A stretch of DNA of 63,146 nucleotides from Myxococcota bacterium (GCA_036447375.1 JAZFUU010000071.1:1-63146); one strand, 5' to 3'. Shown: positions 49,095 through 58,724, counted from the first letter of the stretch. Numbers and translations: made by a program. Notes: generated from the letters alone by a model not told the origin.

Positions 49095-51112
49095 GCGGCC
49101 TCCGCGCGGTGTTCGACATCCTCGATGAGAGACGCGACATCCAGGACCAGAACCGGCTCGCGATCTCCGATCTCGGTTGCGCCGACGATGCCCCGTATCT
49201 CCCGATAGGGGCCCTGAATCGGTTTGATCACCGTGTCCTGCTGCCCCTCGAGCTTGTCGACCAGGAGACCGATTCGGGTCTCGCCCACACTCACCACCAC
49301 AGCGAATAACTTGGCCTCCGGAGCAGCCGCTTCCAGCCCGAACTCCTGCGACAAGCGCCGCAGCACCAGAACCTCACCACGAAGGTCGAGCAATTCCCGT
49401 TCCCGACGGCGCTGGATCTCGCCCGGGTCCACCAACAGGGTCTCCCGAACGGAGGCGATGGGAATCGCGAACCGCTGATTCGCGACGTAGACGACCAGCG
49501 ACTGCACGATCGCCAACGTGATCGGAAGCGTCATCGAAATCGTGGTTCCGCTCCCCGATCGGGACTCGACATCCACGCTGCCTCCGATCGCCATCAGGTT
49601 CGCCTTCACCACGTCCATCCCGACCCCGCGACCGCTGGTTTCGGTGACGTCCTCTCGCGTCGAAAGCCCCGGGACAAAGATCAGCTCCAGGGCTTCCTTC
49701 TGGCTGAGAACTTCGTCGGGCCCGATCGATCCCGAGGCTTTCGCCCGAGCGCGGAGACCTGCCGTATCGATGCCCGCGCCGTCGTCAGAAACCGAAATCA
49801 CCACCTGGTTCCCACGTTGACGCGCCTCGATCTCGATGCAGCCCCGCGGATCCTTGCCGAGCGCGACGCGTCGCTCGGGGGGCTCGATGGCGTGATCGAT
49901 GGCGTTGCGCACCATGTGATTGAGCGGATCAACGAGCTGTTCCACGATCAGCTTGTCGAGTTCGGTATCCGCCCCGCGGACTTCGAAGCGGACGTCCCTT
50001 CCGAGCTCGCGGCGAAGAGTGCGAACAACCCTCGAAATCTTCTCGAAGACCTGGCGCAGCGGAACCATGCGAAGGTCGAGGACCGCCGACTGCACTTCCT
50101 TCAGCTTTCGCCCGAGATCCCGATGGGACTTGGCGAAGGCGTCAGCAATCCACGCGGTCGAGACCTCCGACTGGAACCCGGCGATCAGGTCACCGGCGAC
50201 ACGGCGTTGGATCGCGAGATCTCCGACCAGAACCATCAGATCATCGAGCTTTCGGATATCGACGCGGACCGTGTCGCTGATCGATCGAAGCGAAGTCGCT
50301 GCATCGCGGCTGCGGGTCCGCGAGGGATCGGGCGTCTCGCGCCCGGCTGCGACCTCTCGCACGTCGACGTCGGGCAGGTCGATGCGCGACGTGAGTTCGC
50401 TCGCAGCGAGCGCGGATGCAACCAACAGCGAGAAACGCAGCTGGGACTTCTGGGCAGCTCCCGCGGCGGGCAGAGTCGAGATCAGCTCTCCCAGTGAACC
50501 CACGACCTCCGTGAGCTGGGAAAGGCCCTCCTCGAAAGAGCAGATCGGGAAAGCGGCCTCCACCAGCGCGATGTGGCGCCCGCGCCGCAGGTTCTCGCTG
50601 AGCCGGTGCTCTTCGTACTCGGTGAGCGTCCCAAGAACCGCCGGATCGATGTCCAGAGCAGCCAGGTCGAAACGCCCCGGGGCGCTCTTCCGGACTTCCG
50701 TCTCGATCCGGTCCGCGAGATCGGCGGTCGGCCGCGCAGCGACCCCCATGGCCGTGGCATCACCCACCGCAGCGAGCAGCGTCGCAAAATGGTCGACCGC
50801 TTCGGCGATCAACCCAACGGATTCCGACTCGAGAGAGACCCGGCCGAGGCGAAGCCCGTCGAGCACATCTTCGAGTTGGTTCGCGAGGTGACGGACAGAA
50901 TCAATGCCGAACAGGCCGCCCAGCGCCTTGAGCGAATGAGCCGATCGGAAGAGTCGGTTGACGACATCGGGCTCGACCGCTTCCGATCCGGCCCGCTGAT
51001 CTTCGAGGTCGGCGAGGTCGTTCCGCATCCGCTCGAGGAGTTCTTCGGCCTCCGAGACGAATTCCCGATCCGCCTTGCTGATGCGCCGCGATTCCGCCGG
51101 TCGCCCCGCCAC
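49091..51112 (-). CDS. cheA: Chemotaxis histidine kinase CheA
   Basis: 673 aa. Hpt domain with FRSAHSLKALGG (phospho-His), dimerisation region, HATPase (HMVRNAIDHAIE, DDGAGID, GRGVGMDVV), and a C-terminal CheW-like domain. No fused receiver. Confidence 0.93.
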   Translation of the reverse strand: MAGRPAESRRISKADREFVSEAEELLERMRNDLADLEDQRAGSEAVEPDVVNRLFRSAHSLKALGGLFGIDSVRHLANQLEDVLDGLRLGRVSLESESVGLIAEAVDHFATLLAAVGDATAMGVAARPTADLADRIETEVRKSAPGRFDLAALDIDPAVLGTLTEYEEHRLSENLRRGRHIALVEAAFPICSFEEGLSQLTEVVGSLGELISTLPAAGAAQKSQLRFSLLVASALAASELTSRIDLPDVDVREVAAGRETPDPSRTRSRDAATSLRSISDTVRVDIRKLDDLMVLVGDLAIQRRVAGDLIAGFQSEVSTAWIADAFAKSHRDLGRKLKEVQSAVLDLRMVPLRQVFEKISRVVRTLRRELGRDVRFEVRGADTELDKLIVEQLVDPLNHMVRNAIDHAIEPPERRVALGKDPRGCIEIEARQRGNQVVISVSDDGAGIDTAGLRARAKASGSIGPDEVLSQKEALELIFVPGLSTREDVTETSGRGVGMDVVKANLMAIGGSVDVESRSGSGTTISMTLPITLAIVQSLVVYVANQRFAIPIASVRETLLVDPGEIQRRRERELLDLRGEVLVLRRLSQEFGLEAAAPEAKLFAVVVSVGETRIGLLVDKLEGQQDTVIKPIQGPYREIRGIVGATEIGDREPVLVLDVASLIEDVEHRAEAA

Positions 51113-51118
51113 GGCGCG

Positions 51119-51502
51119 CTACTCCGCGGGGGATTTCGCGAGCAGATCCTGGGCGATCTGACGCAGGGCATCGGGCTCGAAGGGCTTGACCAGGTAAGCG
51201 TCGGCGCCGAGGCCGAGGCCCTTCTCGCGATCACGCTCAGACCCCTCGGTCGAGATGATGACGATGGGAATCGAACGATGGGGTTCGCTGTTCTTGACGA
51301 AAGACAACAGCTCGAGGCCGTTGATGTCCGGCATGTTGATGTCGGTAACGATGAGGTCGAAGTGTTCACCATGGAGGCACCGGAGGGCCTCGAGCCCGCT
51401 GACCACCGCGGTCGTATCCACCGCCGTCGGAAGGCCTTCCAGAGCAACCGTCACCAGCGCCCGCATGCTGGGCGAATCCTCGACGATCAGGATTCGGCGC
51501 AT
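51119..51502 (-). CDS. cheY: CheY-like single-domain response regulator (operon-proximal)
   Basis: 127 aa: ILIVEDSPSMR, LIVTDINMPDINGLE, VIISTEG, AYLVKPF. Preceded by GGGGAGGGGGG. Confidence 0.9.
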   Translation of the reverse strand: MRRILIVEDSPSMRALVTVALEGLPTAVDTTAVVSGLEALRCLHGEHFDLIVTDINMPDINGLELLSFVKNSEPHRSIPIVIISTEGSERDREKGLGLGADAYLVKPFEPDALRQIAQDLLAKSPAE

Positions 51503-51702
51503 GACCCCCCTCCCCTCGCGAAATCACTCGCAACCGGATCTATCCCGTATCGGTCCTGGGCGCCTCTTCTTGAGCCAGATGAGGTACTTCCGGGCCTCCC
51601 CGCACATCCGATTCCGCTCCCGGGATCGGAGACGAGCGAGACCGGGCTCCGGGGGGCAGGCGAGTGCGGTCAGGCGATCCCGGCGGCCGTGAGTCGACGG
51701 GT

Positions 51703-52329
51703 CTAGGAATCCGGGCCGGAATGGAGACGAACGGCCGGTCCCTCACTCGAGCCCGCGCGAGGACGTGACGCTGCGGTCGGCAGATCCAGCGCAACGGACA
51801 CCGGGAAGCCCCGCGCATCCGTCCTGCGAAGGGCCTCGGCGGCCCGGCGCGTCTCCGGACCCGGGGCGACCACCCGCAGCTGGAGCTCCCCCCCGGCGTC
51901 GGCCAAGGCCGCGCCGGCGCCGCGCAACAGGGCCTGTGCCCGCCCATCGAGAACGCGATCATCGGTTTCGGCCTCGCAGAGCGGCAACGCGACGACCGAG
52001 GCACCCAGCTTCAGGACCCGGTCGATCGCGTCCCGGCTGGCTGCCTCCCAGTCCCGGTCGCCGAACCCGTCTCGCGGACCGAGCCCGATCGCGACCAGCA
52101 GAGAAGCCTGCATCCCCCCTCGAGTCGGGATGAGAACGGCCTCACCGCGGCGCCCCTGCACCCGGTCGTCGGAGATCAGATGGGAGAGGCGCCCGCACAG
52201 CCTCCAGTCCGCGCGCCCCGCGTTGCCCCGCAAGGGCCGCTCGTCTTCGAAGAATGTGACGACGGCGACCTCCGCTCGGGTGCGTTCGATCGGACCCGGG
52301 GCCAGATCGACCGACAGCGTCGCCGTCAC
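51703..52329 (-). CDS. Hypothetical protein resembling a stand-alone leucyl-aminopeptidase (M17) N-terminal domain
   Basis: GTG at 52329 forms a GTGA overlap with the nusB stop. The pattern AEVAVVTFFEDERPLRGNAGRADWRLCGRLSHLI...GEAVLIP...LLVAIGLGPRD...ASRDAIDRVLKLGASVVALPL resembles Peptidase_M17_N. No catalytic domain follows. The assignment is tentative. Confidence 0.55.
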   Translation of the reverse strand: MTATLSVDLAPGPIERTRAEVAVVTFFEDERPLRGNAGRADWRLCGRLSHLISDDRVQGRRGEAVLIPTRGGMQASLLVAIGLGPRDGFGDRDWEAASRDAIDRVLKLGASVVALPLCEAETDDRVLDGRAQALLRGAGAALADAGGELQLRVVAPGPETRRAAEALRRTDARGFPVSVALDLPTAASRPRAGSSEGPAVRLHSGPDS

Positions 52330-52790
52330 CGGGAGGCCTGAACCGGGCCGGGGGCCCGGGCCCCGCGAGCAATGGCGTCGAGTATGCCGTTCACAAACCC
52401 CGGCGAAGTATCCGACCCGAAGCGACGGGCCAGTTCGATCGCCTCGTCGAGAATCACCGATGAGGGGGTATCCGTGCGGGTGAGCTCGTAGCACGCCAGC
52501 CGCAGGATGTTGCGGTCGACCGTCGCCATTCGTGGGATGCGCCAGTGTTCGGCATGGCTGGCGAGCACCGCGTCCAATTCGTTTCTGCACGCGACCGTTC
52601 CTCGGACCAACGCTCTGGCAAAATCCCGGGCGCTGGCCGGAAGGTCGAAGTTTTGTACCACCCGGTCAAACGCCTCTTCGTCGGAGGGTCGAGGACCCGA
52701 CACCGCCCGGTCCGCCAGATCGAAGGCGTACAGGACCTGCAGCGCCGCCTGGCGCGAGTGATGTCGTACGCCCGGATGTCGTCGGCTCAC
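52326..52790 (-). CDS. nusB: Transcription antitermination factor NusB
   Basis: 154 aa: SRQAALQVLYAFDL, RMATVDRNILRLACYEL, VILDEAIELARRFGSDTSPGFVNGILD. Confidence 0.92.
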   Translation of the reverse strand: MSRRHPGVRHHSRQAALQVLYAFDLADRAVSGPRPSDEEAFDRVVQNFDLPASARDFARALVRGTVACRNELDAVLASHAEHWRIPRMATVDRNILRLACYELTRTDTPSSVILDEAIELARRFGSDTSPGFVNGILDAIARGARAPGPVQASR

Positions 52791-53311
52791 GGCGAGGCCT
52801 TTCCGGGCACGGAGCGGATCGGACGGATGTCAACCGAACCGGGCGGCTCGGTTAGCTGAGGGCCGAGGCGAGCCATTTCCACAGCCGCCCGGGCGGCCTC
52901 TTCGCCCTTGTTGCCCTCGCTGCCCCCGGCCCGCGCCAGAGCCTGATCCACGTCATCGGTCGTGAGCACACCGAATGCAACGGGAACCGAGGTATCTCGC
53001 ATCACCTCGCAGACTCCATCGGTCACGCCCCTGCACACGTAATCGAAGTGGGGGGTCGCGCCGCGGATCACCGCGCCGAGGGTCACGATCGCATCGTATC
53101 GACCCGTCCGAGCCAATGCCCGCGCAGCCATCGGAATCTCGAAAGCTCCGGGCACCCAGGCCACGTGGATATCGTCGGAGTCGGCGCCGCGCTTCTCCAG
53201 TTCTCTCGTGCAAGCTTCGAGAAGCCGCACGGAAACCATGTGATTGAAGCGCGAGACGACGATGCCGAAGCGCAACTGCGATGCATCTCCGGAGGTTGCG
53301 TATTGTCTCAT
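52787..53311 (-). CDS. ribH: 6,7-dimethyl-8-ribityllumazine synthase
   Basis: 174 aa: FGIVVSRFN, VAWVPGAFEIP, GAVIRGATPHFDYV, VAFGVLTTD, NKGEEAA. Confidence 0.93.
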   Translation of the reverse strand: MRQYATSGDASQLRFGIVVSRFNHMVSVRLLEACTRELEKRGADSDDIHVAWVPGAFEIPMAARALARTGRYDAIVTLGAVIRGATPHFDYVCRGVTDGVCEVMRDTSVPVAFGVLTTDDVDQALARAGGSEGNKGEEAARAAVEMARLGPQLTEPPGSVDIRPIRSVPGKASP

Positions 53312-53326
53312 CGTTTCGGGGGAAAT

Positions 53327-54469
53327 TTAGCGAGTTCGCCGGCGTCCGGCCCCTCGCGCGCCCACATCCCGCAACCGACCCTGGATGTGCACGTCGTCAG
53401 CGAGGCGTCGGATACGAACATCGGTGAGCTCGGGTCCGTTCGCCAGTCTTTTGAGCCCCAGAGGCCCCAGAGCCGCTCGACCGTCCCCCCCGATCAGCCT
53501 GGCCGACACGAACCAATGAATTTCGTCCACGAGCCTTTTCCGCAGCAACGCCGCGCCCAGACCGCCGCCACCCTCCACGAGAATCTCTGTGAGCCCGGCT
53601 CGGCCCAGGGCCGCCAACGCTCGCCGAAGATCGAGATTTCGCCCGCTGGTAGGAACTTCCAGGAGCCGCGCTCCGGTGGACGCCACGGCTCTTCTGCGGG
53701 CGACCGGTGCGTTCCGCGCACACAAAATCCAGGCGGGGGCCTGCTCGTCGCGATACAAGCGGGCCGTGGCGGGAACCCGAAGCTGCGAATCGACCAGAAT
53801 GCGCACGGGGCGATGCAGCACGCGTTCGCCCCGGCGGGCGGTGAGTTCCGGATCGTCGGCGAGGGCAGTGCCGGACCCCACCACGATCGCGTCGACCCGG
53901 GCGCGAATACGATGAACCAGAGCCCGCGCGGACTCCCCGGTGATCCACCGCGACTCGCCGCTCGCGGTCGCGACGCGTCCGTCCAGCGAGCTGGCGAGTT
54001 TGAGTATCACGAACGGACGACCCCGAGCACACACCGAAAGAAAACCGCGGTGCTGCTCGCGGCACTCGCTCTCGAGGATCCCCACGTCCGTGTCGATTCC
54101 GGCGCGGCGCAGCCGGCGAATCCCTCGACCCGAAACCGCCGGATGCGGATCGACGTGACCCAGGTACACCGCGCGCAGGCCCGCAGCGGCCACTCGGTCG
54201 ACACAGGGGCCCGTTCGCCCGACGTGACAGCAGGGTTCCAGCGTCACGGCCAGGGACGCGCCGCGCACGAGCTTCTCGCCGTACCGGCGCAACGCGCGAT
54301 CGAGCGCCACCACTTCCGCGTGAGGGCCACCCGCCGGGCGCGTGCAACCGCGACCGAGGACACGGTCGCCGCGATAGACGATCGCGCCCACAGCGGGATT
54401 CGGAAAGCTTCGGCCTGACGCGCGTCGGGCCTGGGCCAGCGCGAGCCGCATCGCGGCTTCCGGGTTCAT
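53327..54469 (-). CDS. ribD: Bifunctional riboflavin biosynthesis protein RibD (deaminase/reductase)
   Basis: Internal ATG at 54469 forms an ATGA overlap with the nrdR stop. MRLALAQARRASGRSFPNPAVGAIV, the deaminase zinc motifs HAEVVAL and TLEPCCHVGRTGPC, and a reductase domain with KLASSLDGR. Confidence 0.92.
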   Translation of the reverse strand: MNPEAAMRLALAQARRASGRSFPNPAVGAIVYRGDRVLGRGCTRPAGGPHAEVVALDRALRRYGEKLVRGASLAVTLEPCCHVGRTGPCVDRVAAAGLRAVYLGHVDPHPAVSGRGIRRLRRAGIDTDVGILESECREQHRGFLSVCARGRPFVILKLASSLDGRVATASGESRWITGESARALVHRIRARVDAIVVGSGTALADDPELTARRGERVLHRPVRILVDSQLRVPATARLYRDEQAPAWILCARNAPVARRRAVASTGARLLEVPTSGRNLDLRRALAALGRAGLTEILVEGGGGLGAALLRKRLVDEIHWFVSARLIGGDGRAALGPLGLKRLANGPELTDVRIRRLADDVHIQGRLRDVGARGAGRRRTR

Positions 54470-54942
54470 CGCTCCGGTCCGGATTTCCGCTTCGCGTCGA
54501 CGACCGAGGCAAAGAAGTTCGAGTAGTCCTCCGCCCCCTGGAAATTCTGGAACACGGAAGCAAAACGAGCGGCGGCCAGTACGTCGAGTTCGATGAGCCC
54601 CTCCAGAACGCGCTCGCCCATCACCCAACTCGTCACTTCCCGGCCTCCGAACTCCTGCAACTGACGTTCGACTCGATCGAGGAGCCGCTCTAGCGCGTCC
54701 GCACTGATGGGGCGCTTGTCACAGGCTTTCTGCACCGCCGAGATCAACTTCTGCCGCTGATATTCCTCACGTCGTCCGTCGCGCTTGACGACCTTGGGCA
54801 TCACGCCGTCGATGCGTTCGCGGGTCGTGAAGCGGCGGCCGCACTCGAGGCACTCGCGGCGTCGGCGGATTTCCGATCGCTCGCGGCCCAGCCGTGAATC
54901 GATGACCCGGTTTGCCGAATCGGAGCAGTAGGGACAGCGCAC
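54466..54942 (-). CDS. nrdR: Transcriptional repressor NrdR
   Basis: 158 aa: zinc ribbon (M)RCPYCS...CLECGRRFTTRE followed by an ATP-cone. GTG start. Confidence 0.93.
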   Translation of the reverse strand: MRCPYCSDSANRVIDSRLGRERSEIRRRRECLECGRRFTTRERIDGVMPKVVKRDGRREEYQRQKLISAVQKACDKRPISADALERLLDRVERQLQEFGGREVTSWVMGERVLEGLIELDVLAAARFASVFQNFQGAEDYSNFFASVVDAKRKSGPER

Positions 54943-54945
54943 AGC

Positions 54946-56700
54946 TCAGGCGGGGGATTCTTCCCAGCGGTCCGGATACAGAGGGAATCGTCTGCACAGC
55001 GCCTCCACCTCCCCCCGCACGGCGTCCAACATTTCCAGATCCCCGGGTCGTTCGAGGGCGCGCACGAGCAGCCCCGCGATCTCGCGCATCTCCGCCTCGC
55101 GCATGCCGCGGGTCGTCACAGCAGGCGTTCCGATCCGAATGCCACTGGTGACGGCGGGCTTTCTGGGATCGAAGGGGACCATGTTCTTGTTGGTGGTGAT
55201 CCCCGCTCGTTCCAGAACGAGCTGGGCGGCCTTCCCGGTGGTATCGCGGTCCACCAGGGAGAGCAGGAACAGATGAGTGTCGGTGCCTCCGGAAACCACC
55301 GATAGACCGGAGGCCATCACCGCCTCGGCCAGGACACGCGCATTCGTCTGGATCTGGGCGCAGTAGGTGCGAAACGCGGGCGAGGCGGCCTCGCGAAGTG
55401 CCACGGCCTTCGCCGCGATGACATGCATCAGCGGCCCGCCCTGCCCGCCTGGGAACACCGCGCTGTCGACTTTTTTGGCAAACTCGGAGTCGCAGAGAAT
55501 CAGCCCCCCCCGTGGCCCCCGCAGCGTTTTGTGCGTCGTCGTCGTGACGATCTGGGCGTGGCCGATCGGGGACGGATGTAGGTCGCTGACGACGAGACCC
55601 GCGATGTGGGCGATGTCGGCGAACAGAAGCGCACCCACTTCATCGGCGATCGATCGAAACGCCGCGAAATCCAGGGTGCGCGAATACGCGGTGGTCCCGC
55701 ATTGGATCAGCTTCGGGCGCTCATCGAGGGCCAGCTTCCGAACTTCGTCGTAGTCGATCTGCTCCGAATCCCGCCGAACCCCGTAGGGAATGATCCGATA
55801 CAGCTTTCCCGAGAAATTCACGGGGCTCCCGTGGGTGAGATGACCACCGTGGTCGAGGTTCATGGCGAGGATCGTGTCGCCGACCTCGAGAACCGCTCGA
55901 TACACGGCTTCGTTCGCCTGAGATCCCGAATGCGGCTGAACATTGACATGATCGGCCCCGAACAACTCTCGAGCGCGGTCGATGGCCAGCTGCTCGACGC
56001 CGTCCACGACGTCGCAGCCTCCGTAGTAGCGCCGTCCGGGATAGCCCACGGCGTACTTGTTGGTCAGCACCGACCCGGTCGCCTCCAACACCGCTTCCGA
56101 CACGAAATTTTCCGAGGCGATGAGCTCGAGGGACAGCCCCTGACGGCGCGCCTCCTGTCGCAGCAGCCGGGCAATCTCCGGATCGACCTCGTCCAGCCCC
56201 GGATCCCGCGTCCGGGACGCCGCCGGAACGGAAGTTTCGAAACGCGTCAACTCGTCGATCATCGCGATGCGGCGCGCGTGGCGCCCGCCCTCGAAGGGTG
56301 TTTCGAGCCAAGTCGTCACGATGGGCCACGCGCGCTCCGCATCCATGCGATCGCCGGGCAGCGTCAGCACATTCGCATCGTTGTGACGCCGCGCCAAGGC
56401 CGCTGTCTCCTGATCTTCGACGAGGGCAGCGCGAACTCCCGGAAAACGGTTCGCCGTGTACGTCACACCCAGACCGGATCCGCAGATCACGATCGCGCGT
56501 TCTGCCTTGCCTTCGGCAACGGCCCGTGCGGCGGGAGCCGCAAACTCGGGGTAGTCCACGGATTTCCCATCGTGGGTTCCGATATCGAGCACTTCGTAGC
56601 CCGCTCGCTCGAGCTCCACACGCAAGTCGCGCTTGAGGGTCGCTCCGCGGTGGTCGCTGGCCACAATGATCGGACCGTTCATGTCGGAAATCCTCGGCAT
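54946..56700 (-). CDS. glyA: Fusion ORF: ribose-5-phosphate isomerase B domain (N-terminal) plus serine hydroxymethyltransferase (C-terminal)
   Basis: A single 584-codon ORF. Residues about 8-145 are RpiB/LacAB-like ([34 protein letters not shown]). Residues about 170-584 are SHMT ([43 protein letters not shown] with the PLP Lys). No stop or frame change separates them. Confidence 0.88.
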   Translation of the reverse strand: MPRISDMNGPIIVASDHRGATLKRDLRVELERAGYEVLDIGTHDGKSVDYPEFAAPAARAVAEGKAERAIVICGSGLGVTYTANRFPGVRAALVEDQETAALARRHNDANVLTLPGDRMDAERAWPIVTTWLETPFEGGRHARRIAMIDELTRFETSVPAASRTRDPGLDEVDPEIARLLRQEARRQGLSLELIASENFVSEAVLEATGSVLTNKYAVGYPGRRYYGGCDVVDGVEQLAIDRARELFGADHVNVQPHSGSQANEAVYRAVLEVGDTILAMNLDHGGHLTHGSPVNFSGKLYRIIPYGVRRDSEQIDYDEVRKLALDERPKLIQCGTTAYSRTLDFAAFRSIADEVGALLFADIAHIAGLVVSDLHPSPIGHAQIVTTTTHKTLRGPRGGLILCDSEFAKKVDSAVFPGGQGGPLMHVIAAKAVALREAASPAFRTYCAQIQTNARVLAEAVMASGLSVVSGGTDTHLFLLSLVDRDTTGKAAQLVLERAGITTNKNMVPFDPRKPAVTSGIRIGTPAVTTRGMREAEMREIAGLLVRALERPGDLEMLDAVRGEVEALCRRFPLYPDRWEESPA

Positions 56701-56706
56701 GCGGGC

Positions 56707-56943
56707 CTAGCCCTCGACCTTTCCCCGTAGATAGGAAATGGCGTTTCCGATGGTCTGAATCTTCTCCGCGTCCTCGTCGGAAATTTCGATATCGAAGGTC
56801 TCCTCCATCGCCATCACCAGCTCGACGATGTCGAGGGAGTCCGCGCCGAGATCGTCGATGAATGCCGCATCCGGAACGGCCTCTTCGGCACTGACCCCGA
56901 GCTGCTCGGCGACGAGTGCGGAAACCCGCTGCTCCAGGTTCAT
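56707..56943 (-). CDS. acpP: Acyl carrier protein
   Basis: [27 protein letters not shown] with the phosphopantetheine Ser in the DSL motif. I prefer the internal ATG (MNLEQRV) over the track start at 56958. Confidence 0.92.
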   Translation of the reverse strand: MNLEQRVSALVAEQLGVSAEEAVPDAAFIDDLGADSLDIVELVMAMEETFDIEISDEDAEKIQTIGNAISYLRGKVEG

Positions 56944-56994
56944 GTCGCAACCCTCCATCCAGACCCTATCCCGCGCCGACGGCGCGGAAACGGA

Positions 56995-57942
56995 TCAGAC
57001 GCCCTTTCCCCCGGCAAATTCCACCGCGGCTGCCAGCTCCGATTGGCGCCCGAAACTCGCCCTTCCGACCCGCGCCGCGATGCGCCCCACCAGACCCGTG
57101 AGAACCCGCCCCGGCCCGATCTCGAGGAACCGATCCACCCCGAGCTCCAGCATCCGCTGAATCATCCCGGTAAAGCGCACCGGAGACGTCACTTGCTCGG
57201 TTAACGTTTCCACGAGGCGAACTCCTTCCTCGATCGGCGCCGCATCCACGTTGTTCACCACCGGGGGTCGTGGATCTTCGAACCGCAGGCGCTTCAACTC
57301 CAGTGCCAGCATGTCCGCGGCCGGCCGCATGAGCGAGCAGTGGAAGGGTGCCGACACCGCCAACGGAATCGTTCGCCTGGCGCCTTCCTGACGAGCGCGG
57401 GAACAGGCTACCTCCACGGCGACGGCGTCTCCCGAGATCACCGTCTGACGGGGAGCGTTGAAGTTCGCCGGTGATACCACCTTGCCGGTCTCGATTCGCG
57501 CGCGCTCGCAAGCCGCCTGAACCTCCTCCGGCGTAGAGCCGAGCACCGCGGCCATCGCGCCGCGCCCCTCCGCCACCGCCTGCTGCATGAACCGGCCGCG
57601 GGCGTGCACTGTGCGCACGGCGTCCGCGAAGGTCAGCGCGCCGCTGGCGACGAGCGCGGTGTACTCACCGAGGCTGTGTCCAGCGTTGTAGGCGGGGATC
57701 AACTCGGTCTTCTCCTGCAACGCACGGAGCAGCGCGATCCCGGTTGTGAGGATCGCGGGCTGCTGAATCTCGGTCTGCAACAACTCACGCTCGGGGCCCT
57801 CGAAGCAGAGTGTCGAGAGCGAAAACCCCAAGGCGTCATCGGCCGCAGAATAGACTTCGCGGGCGGCAGCAGACGCCTCATAGACGTCGCGCCCCATTCC
57901 CACTTCCTGGGAACCCTGCCCGGGAAAGAGCAGTGCGAGCAC
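56995..57942 (-). CDS. fabD: Malonyl CoA-ACP transacylase
   Basis: 315 aa: LLFPGQGSQEVGMG, active site GHSLGEYTALV, SAPFHCSLM. Confidence 0.93.
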   Translation of the reverse strand: MLALLFPGQGSQEVGMGRDVYEASAAAREVYSAADDALGFSLSTLCFEGPERELLQTEIQQPAILTTGIALLRALQEKTELIPAYNAGHSLGEYTALVASGALTFADAVRTVHARGRFMQQAVAEGRGAMAAVLGSTPEEVQAACERARIETGKVVSPANFNAPRQTVISGDAVAVEVACSRARQEGARRTIPLAVSAPFHCSLMRPAADMLALELKRLRFEDPRPPVVNNVDAAPIEEGVRLVETLTEQVTSPVRFTGMIQRMLELGVDRFLEIGPGRVLTGLVGRIAARVGRASFGRQSELAAAVEFAGGKGV

Positions 57943-57948
57943 AGAAAT

Positions 57949-58131
57949 TCACTCCTCGTCGGTCTGGATGATTTCACGACCCCGGTAGGTTCCGCAGTTG
58001 CCGCACACATGGTGCGGCCGCTTCGGTTCCCCGCACTGCGGGCAGTTGCTCCGCGCCGAGGGCCGGAGTGCATCGTGGGCGCGCCGCATGTTGCGCTTCG
58101 CTCGAGAGGTTCGACGTTTGGGAACGGCCAT
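57949..58131 (-). CDS. rpmF: 50S ribosomal protein L32
   Basis: 60 aa: [19 protein letters not shown] and the zinc-ribbon cysteines CPQCGE...CGNCG. Confidence 0.93.
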   Translation of the reverse strand: MAVPKRRTSRAKRNMRRAHDALRPSARSNCPQCGEPKRPHHVCGNCGTYRGREIIQTDEE

Positions 58132-58724
58132 CAGCGGGTGCCTCGCTCGTGGTTTTTCGATTTCGCCCGGGTCCTCAGCTTCTCGAGAACAGCGAAGGGC
58201 GAGTTGGGCCGGCTCACCTCGCAGTCACAGGTCTCGACGTTCCGGTCGGCGCCGCAGGTCGGACACAGCCCGGGGCAATCCTCGCTGCACAACGGATTGA
58301 CGGGCAACGAGAGCGCCACCAACTCGCGGGCAAAACCGCTCAGCTGAATCTCGCCGCCGCGGAACCAGCCGGTTTCGAATGCTTCCCCCAGACACATGCC
58401 ATCACGGGCCAAGGCCTCGGCCGCCTCGGGATCGACGGGGGATCGGTCGCCGGCGGGCTCGAGCACCAGCCGAAACGGCTCCTCGAGTTCATGACGATAG
58501 CGCGCGAGGCAACGACCGCATTCGAGGTCCACGCCCCCGCACACATCGCCTTCGATGCACACGGACTCCGCCACCCAATGCGCGCGGAACGCGAAGCGAA
58601 CGGGCTCAGCGACCCGCCCGGGACTTTCCTGCCGCGGCTGAATCGCAGACGGCAGCCAGGGCGACTCGCTCTCGAACACGAAGTCGGTCGGCGAATTCGA
58701 TAGCTGGTCGACCCAGAGTCTCAT
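58131..58724 (-). CDS. yceD: YceD/DUF177 family protein
   Basis: Internal ATG (MRLWVDQL...). CGRCL...[19 protein letters not shown] is characteristic of DUF177. Lies in the canonical position upstream of rpmF. Confidence 0.85.
   Translation of the reverse strand: MRLWVDQLSNSPTDFVFESESPWLPSAIQPRQESPGRVAEPVRFAFRAHWVAESVCIEGDVCGGVDLECGRCLARYRHELEEPFRLVLEPAGDRSPVDPEAAEALARDGMCLGEAFETGWFRGGEIQLSGFARELVALSLPVNPLCSEDCPGLCPTCGADRNVETCDCEVSRPNSPFAVLEKLRTRAKSKNHERGTR

Noticed and set aside
51503-51702. Sigma54-type promoter (TGGCAC-N5-TTGC) upstream of the che operon
   Set aside because: Only partial matches (TGGCTC, and a TTGC at the wrong spacing). Nothing is supportable without a scoring matrix.
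56262-56264. Internal Met147 as the start of an independent glyA gene, which would make rpiB and glyA two genes
   Set aside because: There is no stop codon for the RpiB frame before it, so the fusion reading frame exists regardless. Internal initiation cannot be excluded, but it does not remove the fusion.
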